From Nemertoderma westbladi (lineage: Eukaryota > Animalia > Xenacoelomorpha): 36,854 bases of DNA. The position numbers were made by a program, and so were the translations under genes. The stretch lies in NCBI GenBank assembly GCA_032718475.1, contig JAUCBJ010005996.1:1-36854 (forward strand). Direction: 5' to 3'. The notes below the pieces were generated by a model, which was not told where the DNA came from, searched no databases, and worked only from the letters and a program-made list of their open reading frames with translations. Of the stretch, positions 10,060 to 23,559 are shown piece after piece. Within the stretch, counting starts at the first letter, position 1. Every line of letters begins with the position of its first letter.

Positions 10060-10880
10060 CAGTCATAATGTCTGTTGCTATCATTACTTTATACTATATA
10101 ATATTACATCGACGAAGGAACATCAGACTAAAACCCTTTTTTACACAACCACCCATCAGCCTGTCGTGATGCGTAAGAATTTAACCCGGTCGGGATCCCT
10201 TGATCCCGTCACAGCGTACAACAGTAAGAACCCGCTCCTGATCACGCTTGTTTAACAGTAAGACACATTGTATTTTTGCTGTTGCCTTGCAACAGTGATA
10301 AGCATTTTGTTCAATTATCGCAGAAATACAGTAATTCATTAGGCTATTAGGGAAATTGTAAAATTAGTAAGTTTTTGAAAATTTTAGCTAGGTTTGTGAG
10401 AATTCAGTTTCGGCCAAAATTATTTATAATAAAATTTAGAGTTTTGTACCGTTATGTTAGGTAACCGCTTAGTTATTTTATACCATCTGGAGATACATGG
10501 CGAGACGGAGCTTCTGAGCTTGGGGTTTGTCTGGGCCCGCGGGTTCGGTTTGCAATCAGTGACGAGACTGAAACCTTGGACGCGGACGTGGAATCTCACA
10601 GCAAACATGGTTAGTTGTTCTGTTAGTACCATTGTATTTGTGGAAGCTGTAAAAAATTACCGGTTGTTTAACTGCGAAGCTGAACTCAATTTATTAGTTA
10701 GGATAGTTAGGTTTAGCCGGCCAGGGTGTTTTGGATCGCTCAGTTGGAGAGAGAGAGAGTGTCGCAACCTGAAGGTGTAGCCACGCGCTAGTGGAATATA
10801 TATAATATTTAAAAATAAAATTACGTTGATTTTGAGCTATATATAGTTAGAAATATTTGGGTGACAAAATCATTTTGCAA

Positions 10881-11224
10881 TGTAATTACAGACCTGTTAG
10901 TATCCTAAGTATTGTATCTAAAATTCTCTAGAACGTTCTGTTTTTCTACAGCTGGAGGCACATCTTAGTAGGCTAAATCTGATCTATGAACTTCAGTCCG
11001 GTTTTCGTAAATCATATTCTACAGACACCTGCCTTATTAACTTAACTGATACAATTAGATGTAATAACGCAAAGGGTTTATATACTGGTATGGTAATGTT
11101 GGACCTACAAAAGGCTTTCGATACAGTAGATCACGAAATTCTGCTTGGTAAGTTAGGCCTGATGGGTGTAGGTTCTATAGACTGGTTCAAGTCCTACCTG
11201 TCAGACAGAGGTCAAACTGTAGTC
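10881..11224 (+). mobile_element. CR1/L2-group LINE RT fragment (duplication copy 1)
   Basis: [30 protein letters not shown]; cut by the duplication junction. Confidence 0.92.
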
Positions 11225-14200
11225 GAGGGAAGGACCTGAGATGGTTCCCAAAGACGGGAGGAGCGAACTAGGACTTGGAGGGGGAGATGTGGGGATGCCT
11301 GGAAGGCACCACATGCGAAGTAATACAAACTCCTAAGTGCAAATTTAATAAAAGTGCAATTAGTATGTACGTATGTAATGATCAATAGAGTATAATTAAA
11401 ATCAATATAATCAAAGTAAGTACTATAGTCATGTAACCTTTTTCCAACTAGCTAGTGGGACTGGGGACCAATCGACTATGACAGGAGGATGGGAGACTAG
11501 ACGTGGCACTACACACTTCACACTTCTTGAGTGCGATGGCACGGAAGGGGAGGGTGAGGCTCGTCAGGAGTGAATGGGGCAAAGTAAGTAAGGGTTGAGT
11601 ACAGGAGCGCAGGGGAGATAGTGAGAGGTGGTGTTGATGCGTGTGGAAAGAATACGGGTGCAATTAAAATGTGGGGAGCGAGGAGTAAGAGGCAGTGTGA
11701 GGGACAAAGAGGTCTGAAAGTAGAGTGGAGTTAGAGTGGAGTTAGAGTGGAGCTAGAGGAGTTAGAGTCAGCCTAGAGTAGAGTGGGGATACAAAATTGT
11801 GTGAGAAGAATCCACAATTGTCTCGAACCGAGACGCCAGATGTCTTGGTGCAACATAGGTTACGGTTGCACCAAGAAGGGGTAGTAATATCATACCCAGA
11901 GGGAGCGGCCTGGAAAGCCGACTCCAAGAAAAGAACTCCACCCAATAGTAGATCGGGTTCCAGCAGAATTGAAGCGCACTTATAGGTGATGCTATCTTCT
12001 CACCGGGAAGATAGCATGGGGGGGGAGTGTAAACGGATTCAATTCCGCTTCATTACCCTCATAAAATGGGAAGTGGCACCTTTTCAGCAATATGTTGGAG
12101 ATACGAGATTGGCAATAACCAATCTCGTATCACAACCAACACTGGGGACAACACAACCCCAAAGCCACACAAAGGGAGGTTAGAGGTCAATCCACCTCGA
12201 AAGGGGAAACAACCAGCAGGGGCCAACAGGGGGGGAAACACTCCCAGAGAGAGTGACAGGCGTGAAGTAGGTTATTGGCCAATAGGGGCGAAGGAGGGCA
12301 TCCACTGGGTGAAACGCCACAGTAATGTAGCGGTAGAGTAATATCGGTGTGTGATATATATTATCTATTTGCTACCGGCCCATGACTCAGTTTTACTCAG
12401 TTGTCAGTTTCAGTGCAGGCCGGCAATATAGTTTTACCGTCACTGCAGTACTGCCTTATTCTATTATCTATTTACTACCGGTTGTCCGCGCTTTTAGACC
12501 TTTAGCAGTTTAACCTGCCAATTTTAGTTGTCCTCTTGTTTATAAATCGACTTTAGCCTATATCAATTATTTAATGTACTGAAGTTACATCAGCCGAAGC
12601 CAGTCTGTGCGCTATCATTCACCCACAGTTAAGGGAGACTGGATTCGGATTCCTTGATAGTTATTGCGGTGTAGACCTACTGTATTATTCGATTGATCGT
12701 TACTATATAATCTCTGACAATATATTTACTTTCGGGGAAATATTAACAGTTCCTTTAGGACGTGGCGCTTTAAGTATAAAAACAGAGTTATGACTTATAC
12801 TAATCACAACTAGATGGCCACAGAGTTTCGTAAATAGCGCATTCTTTAGGAGATGCTTTATTATCTTTCACACTACTTCACACGACTTCACACTACTTCA
12901 CACTACTGCGTACTAATCTGCCGACCGTCACTGAATTTGATCATATATAAGGAAGATCGCAACTGACACTTGTAGGGATTATGAAATAGCATTTAATTCA
13001 CACAAAAACCACTATAATTTAAGTCGCAGTTGCTACCGGTAACCTGTTCCTCTTACCTTCAGTAATCAAGAAGATTTGGGGTTTTATGATTATTTATCGG
13101 TATTCTCCAAATATAACAACATATCCATCAATATAACAACAATTAATAACAGAAGTAAAATAATGCGGTGAACAGTTGGCATGTGTTACTTATGCAGTTA
13201 TGAAAGTCAGTAAAGACCGTAATATGATATGATGTGATCGGTAGGTGCCGTGATAATAGATTTACGTTCTTGTAATCAAAACCATCTGATGTTTAGGCCA
13301 AAGTCTGAAACTTCCACACAGAAGTACAGAAGAATTCCAAGCCGGTTCTGAGGCTCAGAAAAAGGTAAACAAAGATAAGATTACGCATTGCGCGGGTTTC
13401 CATAGGCTTCTGTCAGACATAAAGTGAAAATCGCTCTGATTGGCTGAGCAGAACAAAGAAGTTCCACGTCCACAAAGAATCAGCTGTTAGATTTTGTCAT
13501 CTGGGCTCTGATTCCTCCCTTTCACATAGTTGGATAAATTTTAGAGTATTCTGCGAATTGCGGGAAAAATGAGTTGTTATGTCCGCAAAAGCCCCTACAC
13601 TGCGCATTGCGGGAAAAATGACTTGTTATGTCCGCAAAAGCTTTTACACCAGTCATAATGTCTGTTGCTATCATTACTTTATACTATATAATATTACATC
13701 GACGAAGGAACATCAGACTAAAACCCTTTTTTACACAACCACCCATCAGCCTGTCGTGATGCGTAAGAATTTAACCCGGTCGGGATCCCTTGATCCCGTC
13801 ACAGCGTACAACAGTAAGAACCCGCTCCTGATCACGCTTGTTTAACAGTAAGACACATTGTATTTTTGCTGTTGCCTTGCAACAGTGATAAGCATTTTGT
13901 TCAATTATCGCAGAAATACAGTAATTCATTAGGCTATTAGGGAAATTGTAAAATTAGTAAGTTTTTGAAAATTTTAGCTAGGTTTGTGAGAATTCAGTTT
14001 CGGCCAAAATTATTTATAATAAAATTTAGAGTTTTGTACCGTTATGTTAGGTAACCGCTTAGTTATTTTATACCATCTGGAGATACATGGCGAGACGGAG
14101 CTTCTGAGCTTGGGGTTTGTCTGGGCCCGCGGGTTCGGTTTGCAATCAGTGACGAGACTGAAACCTTGGACGCGGACGTGGAATCTCACAGCAAACATGG

Positions 14201-14470
14201 TTAGTTGTTCTGTTAGTACCATTGTATTTGTGGAAGCTGTAAAAAATTACCGGTTGTTTAACTGCGAAGCTGAACTCAATTTATTAGTTAGGATAGTTAG
14301 GTTTAGCCGGCCAGGGTGTTTTGGATCGCTCAGTTGGAGAGAGAGAGAGTGTCGCAACCTGAAGGTGTAGCCACGCGCTAGTGGAATATATATAATATTT
14401 AAAAATAAAATTACGTTGATTTTGAGCTATATATAGTTAGAAATATTTGGGTGACAAAATCATTTTGCAA

Positions 14471-14814
14471 TGTAATTACAGACCTGTTAGTATCCTAAGT
14501 ATTGTATCTAAAATTCTCTAGAACGTTCTGTTTTTCTACAGCTGGAGGCACATCTTAGTAGGCTAAATCTGATCTATGAACTTCAGTCCGGTTTTCGTAA
14601 ATCATATTCTACAGACACCTGCCTTATTAACTTAACTGATACAATTAGATGTAATAACGCAAAGGGTTTATATACTGGTATGGTAATGTTGGACCTACAA
14701 AAGGCTTTCGATACAGTAGATCACGAAATTCTGCTTGGTAAGTTAGGCCTGATGGGTGTAGGTTCTATAGACTGGTTCAAGTCCTACCTGTCAGACAGAG
14801 GTCAAACTGTAGTC
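14471..14814 (+). mobile_element. CR1/L2-group LINE RT fragment (duplication copy 2)
   Basis: Same sequence as 10881-11224. Confidence 0.92.
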
Positions 14815-17351
14815 GAGGGAAGGACCTGAGATGGTTCCCAAAGACGGGAGGAGCGAACTAGGACTTGGAGGGGGAGATGTGGGGATGCCTGGAAGGCACC
14901 ACATGCGAAGTAATACAAACTCCTAAGTGCAAATTTAATAAAAGTGCAATTAGTATGTACGTATGTAATGATCAATAGAGTATAATTAAAATCAATATAA
15001 TCAAAGTAAGTACTATAGTCATGTAACCTTTTTCCAACTAGCTAGTGGGACTGGGGACCAATCGACTATGACAGGAGGATGGGAGACTAGACGTGGCACT
15101 ACACACTTCACACTTCTTGAGTGCGATGGCACGGAAGGGGAGGGTGAGGCTCGTCAGGAGTGAATGGGGCAAAGTAAGTAAGGGTTGAGTACAGGAGCGC
15201 AGGGGAGATAGTGAGAGGTGGTGTTGATGCGTGTGGAAAGAATACGGGTGCAATTAAAATGTGGGGAGCGAGGAGTAAGAGGCAGTGTGAGGGACAAAGA
15301 GGTCTGAAAGTAGAGTGGAGTTAGAGTGGAGTTAGAGTGGAGCTAGAGGAGTTAGAGTCAGCCTAGAGTAGAGTGGGGATACAAAATTGTGTGAGAAGAA
15401 TCCACAATTGTCTCGAACCGAGACGCCAGATGTCTTGGTGCAACATAGGTTACGGTTGCACCAAGAAGGGGTAGTAATATCATACCCAGAGGGAGCGGCC
15501 TGGAAAGCCGACTCCAAGAAAAGAACTCCACCCAATAGTAGATCGGGTTCCAGCAGAATTGAAGCGCACTTATAGGTGATGCTATCTTCTCACCGGGAAG
15601 ATAGCATGGGGGGGGAGTGTAAACGGATTCAATTCCGCTTCATTACCCTCATAAAATGGGAAGTGGCACCTTTTCAGCAATATGTTGGAGATACGAGATT
15701 GGCAATAACCAATCTCGTATCACAACCAACACTGGGGACAACACAACCCCAAAGCCACACAAAGGGAGGTTAGAGGTCAATCCACCTCGAAAGGGGAAAC
15801 AACCAGCAGGGGCCAACAGGGGGGGAAACACTCCCAGAGAGAGTGACAGGCGTGAAGTAGGTTATTGGCCAATAGGGGCGAAGGAGGGCATCCACTGGGT
15901 GAAACGCCACAGTAATGTAGCGGTAGAGTAATATCGGTGTGTGATATATATTATCTATTTGCTACCGGCCCATGACTCAGTTTTACTCAGTTGTCAGTTT
16001 CAGTGCAGGCCGGCAATATAGTTTTACCGTCACTGCAGTACTGCCTTATTCTATTATCTATTTACTACCGGTTGTCCGCGCTTTTAGACCTTTAGCAGTT
16101 TAACCTGCCAATTTTAGTTGTCCTCTTGTTTATAAATCGACTTTAGCCTATATCAATTATTTAATGTACTGAAGTTACATCAGCCGAAGCCAGTCTGTGC
16201 GCTATCATTCACCCACAGTTAAGGGAGACTGGATTCGGATTCCTTGATAGTTATTGCGGTGTAGACCTACTGTATTATTCGATTGATCGTTACTATATAA
16301 TCTCTGACAATATATTTACTTTCGGGGAAATATTAACAGTTCCTTTAGGACGTGGCGCTTTAAGTATAAAAACAGAGTTATGACTTATACTAATCACAAC
16401 TAGATGGCCACAGAGTTTCGTAAATAGCGCATTCTTTAGGAGATGCTTTATTATCTTTCACACTACTTCACACGACTTCACACTACTTCACACTACTGCG
16501 TACTAATCTGCCGACCGTCACTGAATTTGATCATATATAAGGAAGATCGCAACTGACACTTGTAGGGATTATGAAATAGCATTTAATTCACACAAAAACC
16601 ACTATAATTTAAGTCGCAGTTGCTACCGGTAACCTGTTCCTCTTACCTTCAGTAATCAAGAAGATTTGGGGTTTTATGATTATTTATCGGTATTCTCCAA
16701 ATATAACAACATATCCATCAATATAACAACAATTAATAACAGAAGTAAAATAATGCGGTGAACAGTTGGCATGTGTTACTTATGCAGTTATGAAAGTCAG
16801 TAAAGACCGTAATATGATATGATGTGATCGGTAGGTGCCGTGATAATAGATTTACGTTCTTGTAATCAAAACCATCTGATGTTTAGGCCAAAGTCTGAAA
16901 CTTCCACACAGAAGTACAGAAGAATTCCAAGCCGGTTCTGAGGCTCAGAAAAAGGTAAACAAAGATAAGATTACGCATTGCGCGGGTTTCCATAGGCTTC
17001 TGTCAGACATAAAGTGAAAATCGCTCTGATTGGCTGAGCAGAACAAAGAAGTTCCACGTCCACAAAGAATCAGCTGTTAGATTTTGTCATCTGGGCTCTG
17101 ATTCCTCCCTTTCACATAGTTGGATAAATTTAGGGCTATTTTAGAGTATTCTGCGAATTGCGGGAAAAATGAGTTGTTATGTCCGCAAAAGCCCCTACAC
17201 TGCGCATTGCGGGAAAAATGACTTGTTATGTCCGCAAAAGCTTTTACACCAGTCATAATGTCTGTTGCTATCATTACTTTATACTATATAATATTACATC
17301 GACGAAGGAACATCAGACTAAAACCCTTTTTTACACAACCACCCATCAGCC

Positions 17352-17701
17352 TGTCGTGATGCGTAAGAATTTAACCCGGTCGGGATCCCTTGATCCCGTC
17401 ACAGCGTACAACAGTAAGAACCCGCTCCTGATCACGCTTGTTTAACAGTAAGACACATTGTATTTTTGCTGTTGCCTTGCAACAGTGATAAGCATTTTGT
17501 TCAATTATCGCAGAAATACAGTAATTCATTAGGCTATTAGGGAAATTGTAAAATTAGTAAGTTTTTGAAAATTTTAGCTAGGTTTGTGAGAATTCAGTTT
17601 CGGCCAAAATTATTTATAATAAAATTTAGAGTTTTGTACCGTTATGTTAGGTAACCGCTTAGTTATTTTATACCATCTGGAGATACATGGCGAGACGGAG
17701 C
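17352..17701 (+). mobile_element. Candidate 5' LTR and primer-binding site of BEL-2
   Basis: AATAAA at 17618, then ...GATACA|TGGCGAGACGGAGC at 17687/17688, the CA-TGG pattern of an LTR/PBS junction. The start at TGTCGTG (17352) is a guess. Also present at 10498 and 14088. Confidence 0.45.
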
Positions 17702-18070
17702 TTCTGAGCTTGGGGTTTGTCTGGGCCCGCGGGTTCGGTTTGCAATCAGTGACGAGACTGAAACCTTGGACGCGGACGTGGAATCTCACAGCAAACATGG
17801 TTAGTTGTTCTGTTAGTACCATTGTATTTGTGGAAGCTGTAAAAAATTACCGGTTGTTTAACTGCGAAGCTGAACTCAATTTATTAGTTAGGATAGTTAG
17901 GTTTAGCCGGCCAGGGTGTTTTGGATCGCTCAGTTGGAGAGAGAGAGAGTGTCGCAACCTGAAGGTGTAGCCACGCGCTAGTGGAATATATATAATATTT
18001 AAAAATAAAATTACGTTGATTTTGAGCTATATATAGTTAGAAATATTTGGGTGACAAAATCATTTTGCAA

Positions 18071-19419
18071 TGTAATTACAGACCTGTTAGTATCCTAAGT
18101 ATTGTATCTAAAATTCTCTAGAACGTTCTGTTTTTCTACAGCTGGAGGCACATCTTAGTAGGCTAAATCTGATCTATGAACTTCAGTCCGGTTTTCGTAA
18201 ATCATATTCTACAGACACCTGCCTTATTAACTTAACTGATACAATTAGATGTAATAACGCAAAGGGTTTATATACTGGTATGGTAATGTTGGACCTACAA
18301 AAGGCTTTCGATACAGTAGATCACGAAATTCTGCTTGGTAAGTTAGGCCTGATGGGTGTAGGTTCTATAGACTGGTTCAAGTCCTACCTGTCAGACAGAG
18401 GTCAAACTGTAGTCATTAGCAAATCGCAGTCTACTGTACAAGAGATTACCTGTGGTGTACCGCAAGGTAGTATATTAGGTCCTCTGCTTTTTGTATGCTA
18501 TGTAAATGATATGATAAGTAGTATAGATCCCGATTTTAAACTCATTTTATATGCCGACGACAGTGCTCTTATTTTCTCTCATAAAGATCCTATCCATATT
18601 TCCCAAAAGTTAAGTGCAGTTCTAAAATCCTGTAATGAGTGGTTGGTTGATAATAAGCTATCCATTCACTACGGTAAAACTGAAAGTATTTTGTTTGGTT
18701 CCAAAAGAAAGTTAAAGAAGGTAACTAAGTTTGAAGTCACTAGTAATGGACATAAGATTGAAAATAAAAAGGAAGTTAAATATTTAGGCGCCACATTGGA
18801 TAACTGCTTATCAGGAGAAAGTACAGTGAAAAATATTTTCTCGAAAGTTAACAGTAGGCTTAGGTTTCTATACAGAAATAAAAATAGTTTAAATACCGAC
18901 TCCCGCAAGTTACTTTGCTCTTCTTTAATACAGTGTCACATGGACTAAGCTTGCTCTTCTTGGTATGAAGGCTTAACCAAACAGCTTAAATGTAAATTAC
19001 AAGTAGCTCAGAATAAAGTAGTACGATTTATTAAAGACTACAAACCTAGGCACCACCTAACTCCAGATGACTTTTCTGAATCTGGACTACTTAACTTAGA
19101 TAGTAGAGTTAAGCAGCTACGCCTTAACCATGTGCATAAAGTGTATAATGGTAAATGTCCCAATTACCTAAAACAAAAATTCAACAGAGTACGCGATACA
19201 CACTCTTATAGTACCAGAGCTAGTGCTTCAAACTTCTACCTCCCGAATTGTAAATCCTTTGAATCTGATACTTTCTTTTTTAACGGCATTAAAGATTGGA
19301 ACGCTCTGCCTAATGAAATTAAAAACCTAGATAATCAACATTCTTTTAAATCTGCAGTTAAATCTCATCTCCGTGTGCAATGTAAAAATAGGTACAATAG
19401 TCCTACAGTAAGTTATTAG
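18071..19419 (+). pseudogene. LINE ORF2 reverse transcriptase domain and C-terminus
   Basis: [43 protein letters not shown]. One frameshift near 18117 and a stop at 18946. Confidence 0.95.
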
Positions 19420-19750
19420 TTTATTAATTATTTACTATTTATACTGTAATTATGTTTTATATTAAATTGTTCTGTACATTACATCTTTATCGTTGAGTCG
19501 GACATTGTCACGCTCTCGGTAAAGTTGTACATGTACATAGTGTAATTAGGTTTATATTGGTTTTAGGTTAGCGTAGTGTAATATTGTATTTGTAACCAAG
19601 TAACATAAAGGACCCCCTTGGAAATAAGCTGCAAAGCTTTAGGGGTAATCCTATATGTTATGTTGGACAATACCTTTATACCGGTACATTGTTTGGTGTA
19701 TTTGTTATTGTTTTTACATAATGTATAAATAAATCTATCTATCTATCTAT
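18071..19750 (+). mobile_element. 5'-truncated CR1/L2-group (Crack/Daphne-like) non-LTR retrotransposon with 3' UTR and tail
   Basis: RT coding region, 3' UTR stem-loop GGACCCC..AAGCT-gcaa-AGCTT..GGGGTAATCC (19610-19651), AATAAA at 19728 and (ATCT)n tail to 19750. No clear target-site duplication. Confidence 0.92.
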
Positions 19751-20042
19751 TTTGAATTATTTTGAATTAGATTCAGAAAACATTTTCGTGTCATACCGGT
19801 ATTTAAATGCTGTATAATAGCTATAGAGCCACATATTTGTTTAAATATTATACCGGTAATTACTATAACTATATATTTAAATTCACAATATTATATTGTG
19901 AATTTATTTTCGTATTTGTGACATTTGAGACCAAATAAATTATTGACAAATAATTTAATCGAATTTTCGATTAAATTAATATATATCTCAAATTTTTGCG
20001 AGATTTTAGCTGGAAGGCAAATAATTATATATACTTTAAACA

Positions 20043-23000
20043 ATGAGTGTCTCAGAGAAGGAGGCACTAGAGGACAGTTATGAGACGGCGGCCGGACCGC
20101 CGACTGATAACAGTATTGACATAACTGTTGATGACAATGCCGACTATGACGATGCAGCGAGTGACACTGACGTAAGTGAACAGGAGGACGAGACAGTAAC
20201 TAGTGAGGAAGAGCAAGGTGAGTTAATATTATTAGGATCCCCTACCGCTACTGTAAGGAAGGATTGTACAGCAGCCCGGCCAGAGGTGAGTGATAGGGAA
20301 GGTAGCCTAGTAGGAGCGAGAGCCCGGAGCCCGGTTTCCAGACCTGTGGGTATGGTAAGTGCCGTGGCCCCAGCGGCTGTAAGGAGTACCCGTAGTTCCT
20401 GTAACAATCCCTCAAGTCCACCGAGTATGAGTCAGGTAAGCGAGAGAGAACTAGACATCGCAATAAAAAAGAAACATCGCGCGCATGCCGCACATATAAC
20501 CCGGACAATGGACAAAGTAAGGAAGATGCTAGCCGACTCTGGTAATATCGGAAGGGAAGGGTTAGTAGAACTTAGAAGGGGATATAACTCAGCGTTGTTT
20601 AAGCAGACTGAGGAGCTTGCAGTCCTAGCGAAGAGAGCAGTGGAGTCCCAGTTGAGCGATGTAGCGACGAAGGTTTATGACAGGGTTCTGGCGGCCTTGT
20701 TGGAGCACCGCGCATTATCGGAGCAATTCCGATGAGTTAGAACAGAGAACTGGTTGCTATGGGCGTCGCAAACACAGGCGACTCAGGTACGTGCACAGTT
20801 ACGGTCTTACGTGCACAGGAGGCCAGGAAGGAAGCCAAACGAGAAAGGGAGCACAACCGGAAGTTAGACGCAAAGCTGCGCGAGTTGGAGGACATAAGTA
20901 AGCGTGAGCAAGCCGAACACGAATAGGAAGAATGCGAACTCCAACTTGAGCGCGAATGCAAACAGAAGGAACGTGAACTCCAACTTGAATGCAAACAGAA
21001 AGAACACGAACTCCAACTTGAACGCGAGTGGAAGGAACGCGAACTCCAACTCGAACGCGAGCGGGAAGCGAAAGAATGCGAACACAGAAGAAACGCGAAT
21101 TTCAACTCGAATGCGAGCGCAAGGAACGCGAACTCGAGATCGAGAAAGAGTGACGCACGTTATACGAAGAAAATGCGCGACTGGAAGAAGAAAGCGCAGC
21201 GAGACTCGCAAGGGAAGCAGAACAACGCAAGATGGCGCAATTGGAGAGTGCGAGACTAAACTTAGAAAGCGAAGAACGAACAAGAAAGGCGAACGAAATT
21301 GCTGAGAAGGGGATGCGAATGATCGAAGAATGTGGGGCGAGTGTAGGTACCGAGTTGCGAGACCTGTTTGCACAGCAGAAGGCCGAACAGGAGGCGATAA
21401 CTTCGGTTATACGTGAGTCAACGGCGATCAGAATTCCTATACCCGGTCCAACTATTACAAGTACTCGGATTGCTAAACCATTTTCTACATATCGCACTCC
21501 AGTTGGGATTAGTGCTTCACCGATCGCGCAGGATCTGCGCCATCAGGAGGGCGCGCTGATGCACAATTATTATCGCAACGAAGAGGAGTTTATAGAAGAA
21601 ACTCCTAGAGGACGAGTATTGGGCGAACCAAACCCGCGGGTTTGGAATACGCGGATGGATCGCCGACCCAGTGCGACGGAGAACTTCCGGGTTAAACCGG
21701 AAGAGGGATCATATGAGAGACAGCGGATTACCCAAATAGAGCCAACGGCCCAGCGGAACCCTAGCCAGGAGTTTATTACGGGGGAGGAGTTAAGCGCCAG
21801 TCTAGCGCAAGCTATATCGCCGCACATCCAACCTATAATGGACATGCTTAGTAACATACAGTTAAAGGAAGCAGCTCAGTTAAGAAGTAATTCTAATCCT
21901 AGCAGGCCAGAACTAGACAGAGTCCAACCTGGCCAACGAGTACGCATATCGGAGGCAACAATACCGCAAAGACCTCAGGTAAGAACGCCCGTCCCTACGA
22001 TCCACAATCCCGATTTCGAACACTCGGCGGAAAGATTTATACAGGAAGCTTGGGTTAGGGCCTCGGCACATAACCCGCCGCGAGCACCGAGAACCGACAC
22101 AGACTCGAGTAATGAAGAGAATGAATTGAGGCGTAAGAAGTCCCAAAACCGGAAGGAAAGATGGACCGACGCGGAGCAGGTAAGTATGAATCCCCAGGAT
22201 AGGACCAGACTTAATAACCCTGCAGAACTAAACAACTTGTTAACCCGGAATGACGCCACCCTTAGAGACATAGGTAAGTTTGCTTCTAGGCAGGGATTGC
22301 CGATGCAACAACCCCAGAAGTTTATGGGCAACCATAAACATTGGAGGACGTTTAAAACCTATGTCGACGAACAACTGACCAACAGCACTTTTACTCCCAA
22401 CGAGAAATTCAACTATCTACTACAGATGCTCCATCGAGAACCGAGAGCCATTGCTGATAACTTCGTCGGCAATGAAAGAGCATTTGAACTAGCTATGAAG
22501 ACACTTAGCGACATCTATGGGAATAAAACCAAGATGGCACAGTCGATAGTAGATGACTTAGGTAAGGGCGGAACGATTATGACTCCGTTGGAGATGTTGA
22601 ACTTAGCGAACGCCATCTCAAACGCATTAGATATCTTAAGGACGGTAATTCTGCCTCATCATGGTGATCACGCAGAAGTTTTAAAGAGCATAATAAGACG
22701 TTTAAACATGCATTACCGACAGAAATGGCAAAAACTAGAAAATTAATTAGAGGGTCAAGACAAAGTGTTGACACTTCAACACATCCATGACATGATAGCC
22801 ACCGATGCGGTAGCAGAGATGAAATCAAATTTCTCAGAGGATAATATGAGGGAGTCTAAACCTGTTACCGGTAAGTCAATGGTAGCAGAGATGAAATCAA
22901 ATATCTCAGAGAAGAATATGAGGGAGTCTAAACCTGTTACCGGTAAGTCAATGGTAAGTTTTGATGATGACAGAACCACTGTGACTTTTAACTCAGTAGA

Positions 23001-23340
23001 CAAATACAATCCGAGTATCCCTGCCTTTAGACCAGACTTGCGAGTATGGTCAGATGAGAGGTCAGATCGACCTAAGGTGAAGCAACATGAGTTGCCGGAC
23101 GGATTTGTAGGTTGCCAATTCTGCCTACTAAAAGAGGTAAGATCAGACGACCATAAGTTAGACAGTTGCAGATGGTTCAAACAGTTAACTTCGGAACAGA
23201 GAAGAGTTCAAGTGTGGACGTTGGACACCTGTTGGGCATGTCTTGCTCCAGGTCACGTACGGTGCCAGTGGCCAAACAGTAAGGACGGATGCATGGAATG
23301 CGGCAGACTACACCACAAGTTGCTACATGCGGACTTCCAT
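20043..23340 (+). pseudogene. gag: BEL-2 gag: acidic N-terminus, E/R coiled coil, DUF1759-like capsid region, three Cys-His motifs
   Basis: PQKFMGN..W.TF, EKFNYL.QML, L...YG; CQFC..H....C, CWACLAPGH, CMECGRLHHKLLH. Frameshifts and stops near 20733, 20900-21230 and 22744. Confidence 0.9.
22809..22952 (+). repeat. 72-bp in-frame tandem duplication in gag
   Basis: VAEMKSN.SE.NMRESKPVTGKSM occurs twice. Confidence 0.95.
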
Positions 23341-23559
23341 ACCCCAACGGACCGTTATCTACAGATGAATCCTCAAAGGAAGGGGATCAGAGACCCTATA
23401 ACGATAAGGAAGAATACATACACCGGCATCCAAGACGACGGGTATCATCCAAGTTCGTCGGACGAGGACGGTGAAGCGAGCGCGAGGGAGGTGACCTGCC
23501 AGGGATTCACCACTGATAGTTTATTGACCAGCGCGAGTACGTATCTATCATCGGCCACG

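Larger units (their letters stand above)
7635..18414 (+). repeat. Triple tandem duplication, unit 3590 bp (7635-11224, 11225-14814, 14815-18414)
   Basis: Identical ORF sets offset by 3590. Junction ...CTGTAGTC|GAGGGAAGG... at 11224/11225 and 14814/14815. Copy 3 has an extra 10 bp, TAGGGCTATT, at 17131-17140. Confidence 0.98.

Noticed and set aside
11090-11240. LINE RT-BEL fusion protein at the duplication junction
   Set aside because: The junction reads GTC GAG GGA AGG ACC TGA, out of frame with the BEL ORF and stopping after four codons.
7858-17970. Small ORFs repeated three times, suggesting a gene cluster
   Set aside because: They are 60-108 aa with no motifs, overlap on both strands and recur only because of the DNA triplication.
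7635-18414. The 3.59-kb repeats as LTRs
   Set aside because: They are head-to-tail with no internal region, and their ends fall inside a LINE RT and a BEL ORF.
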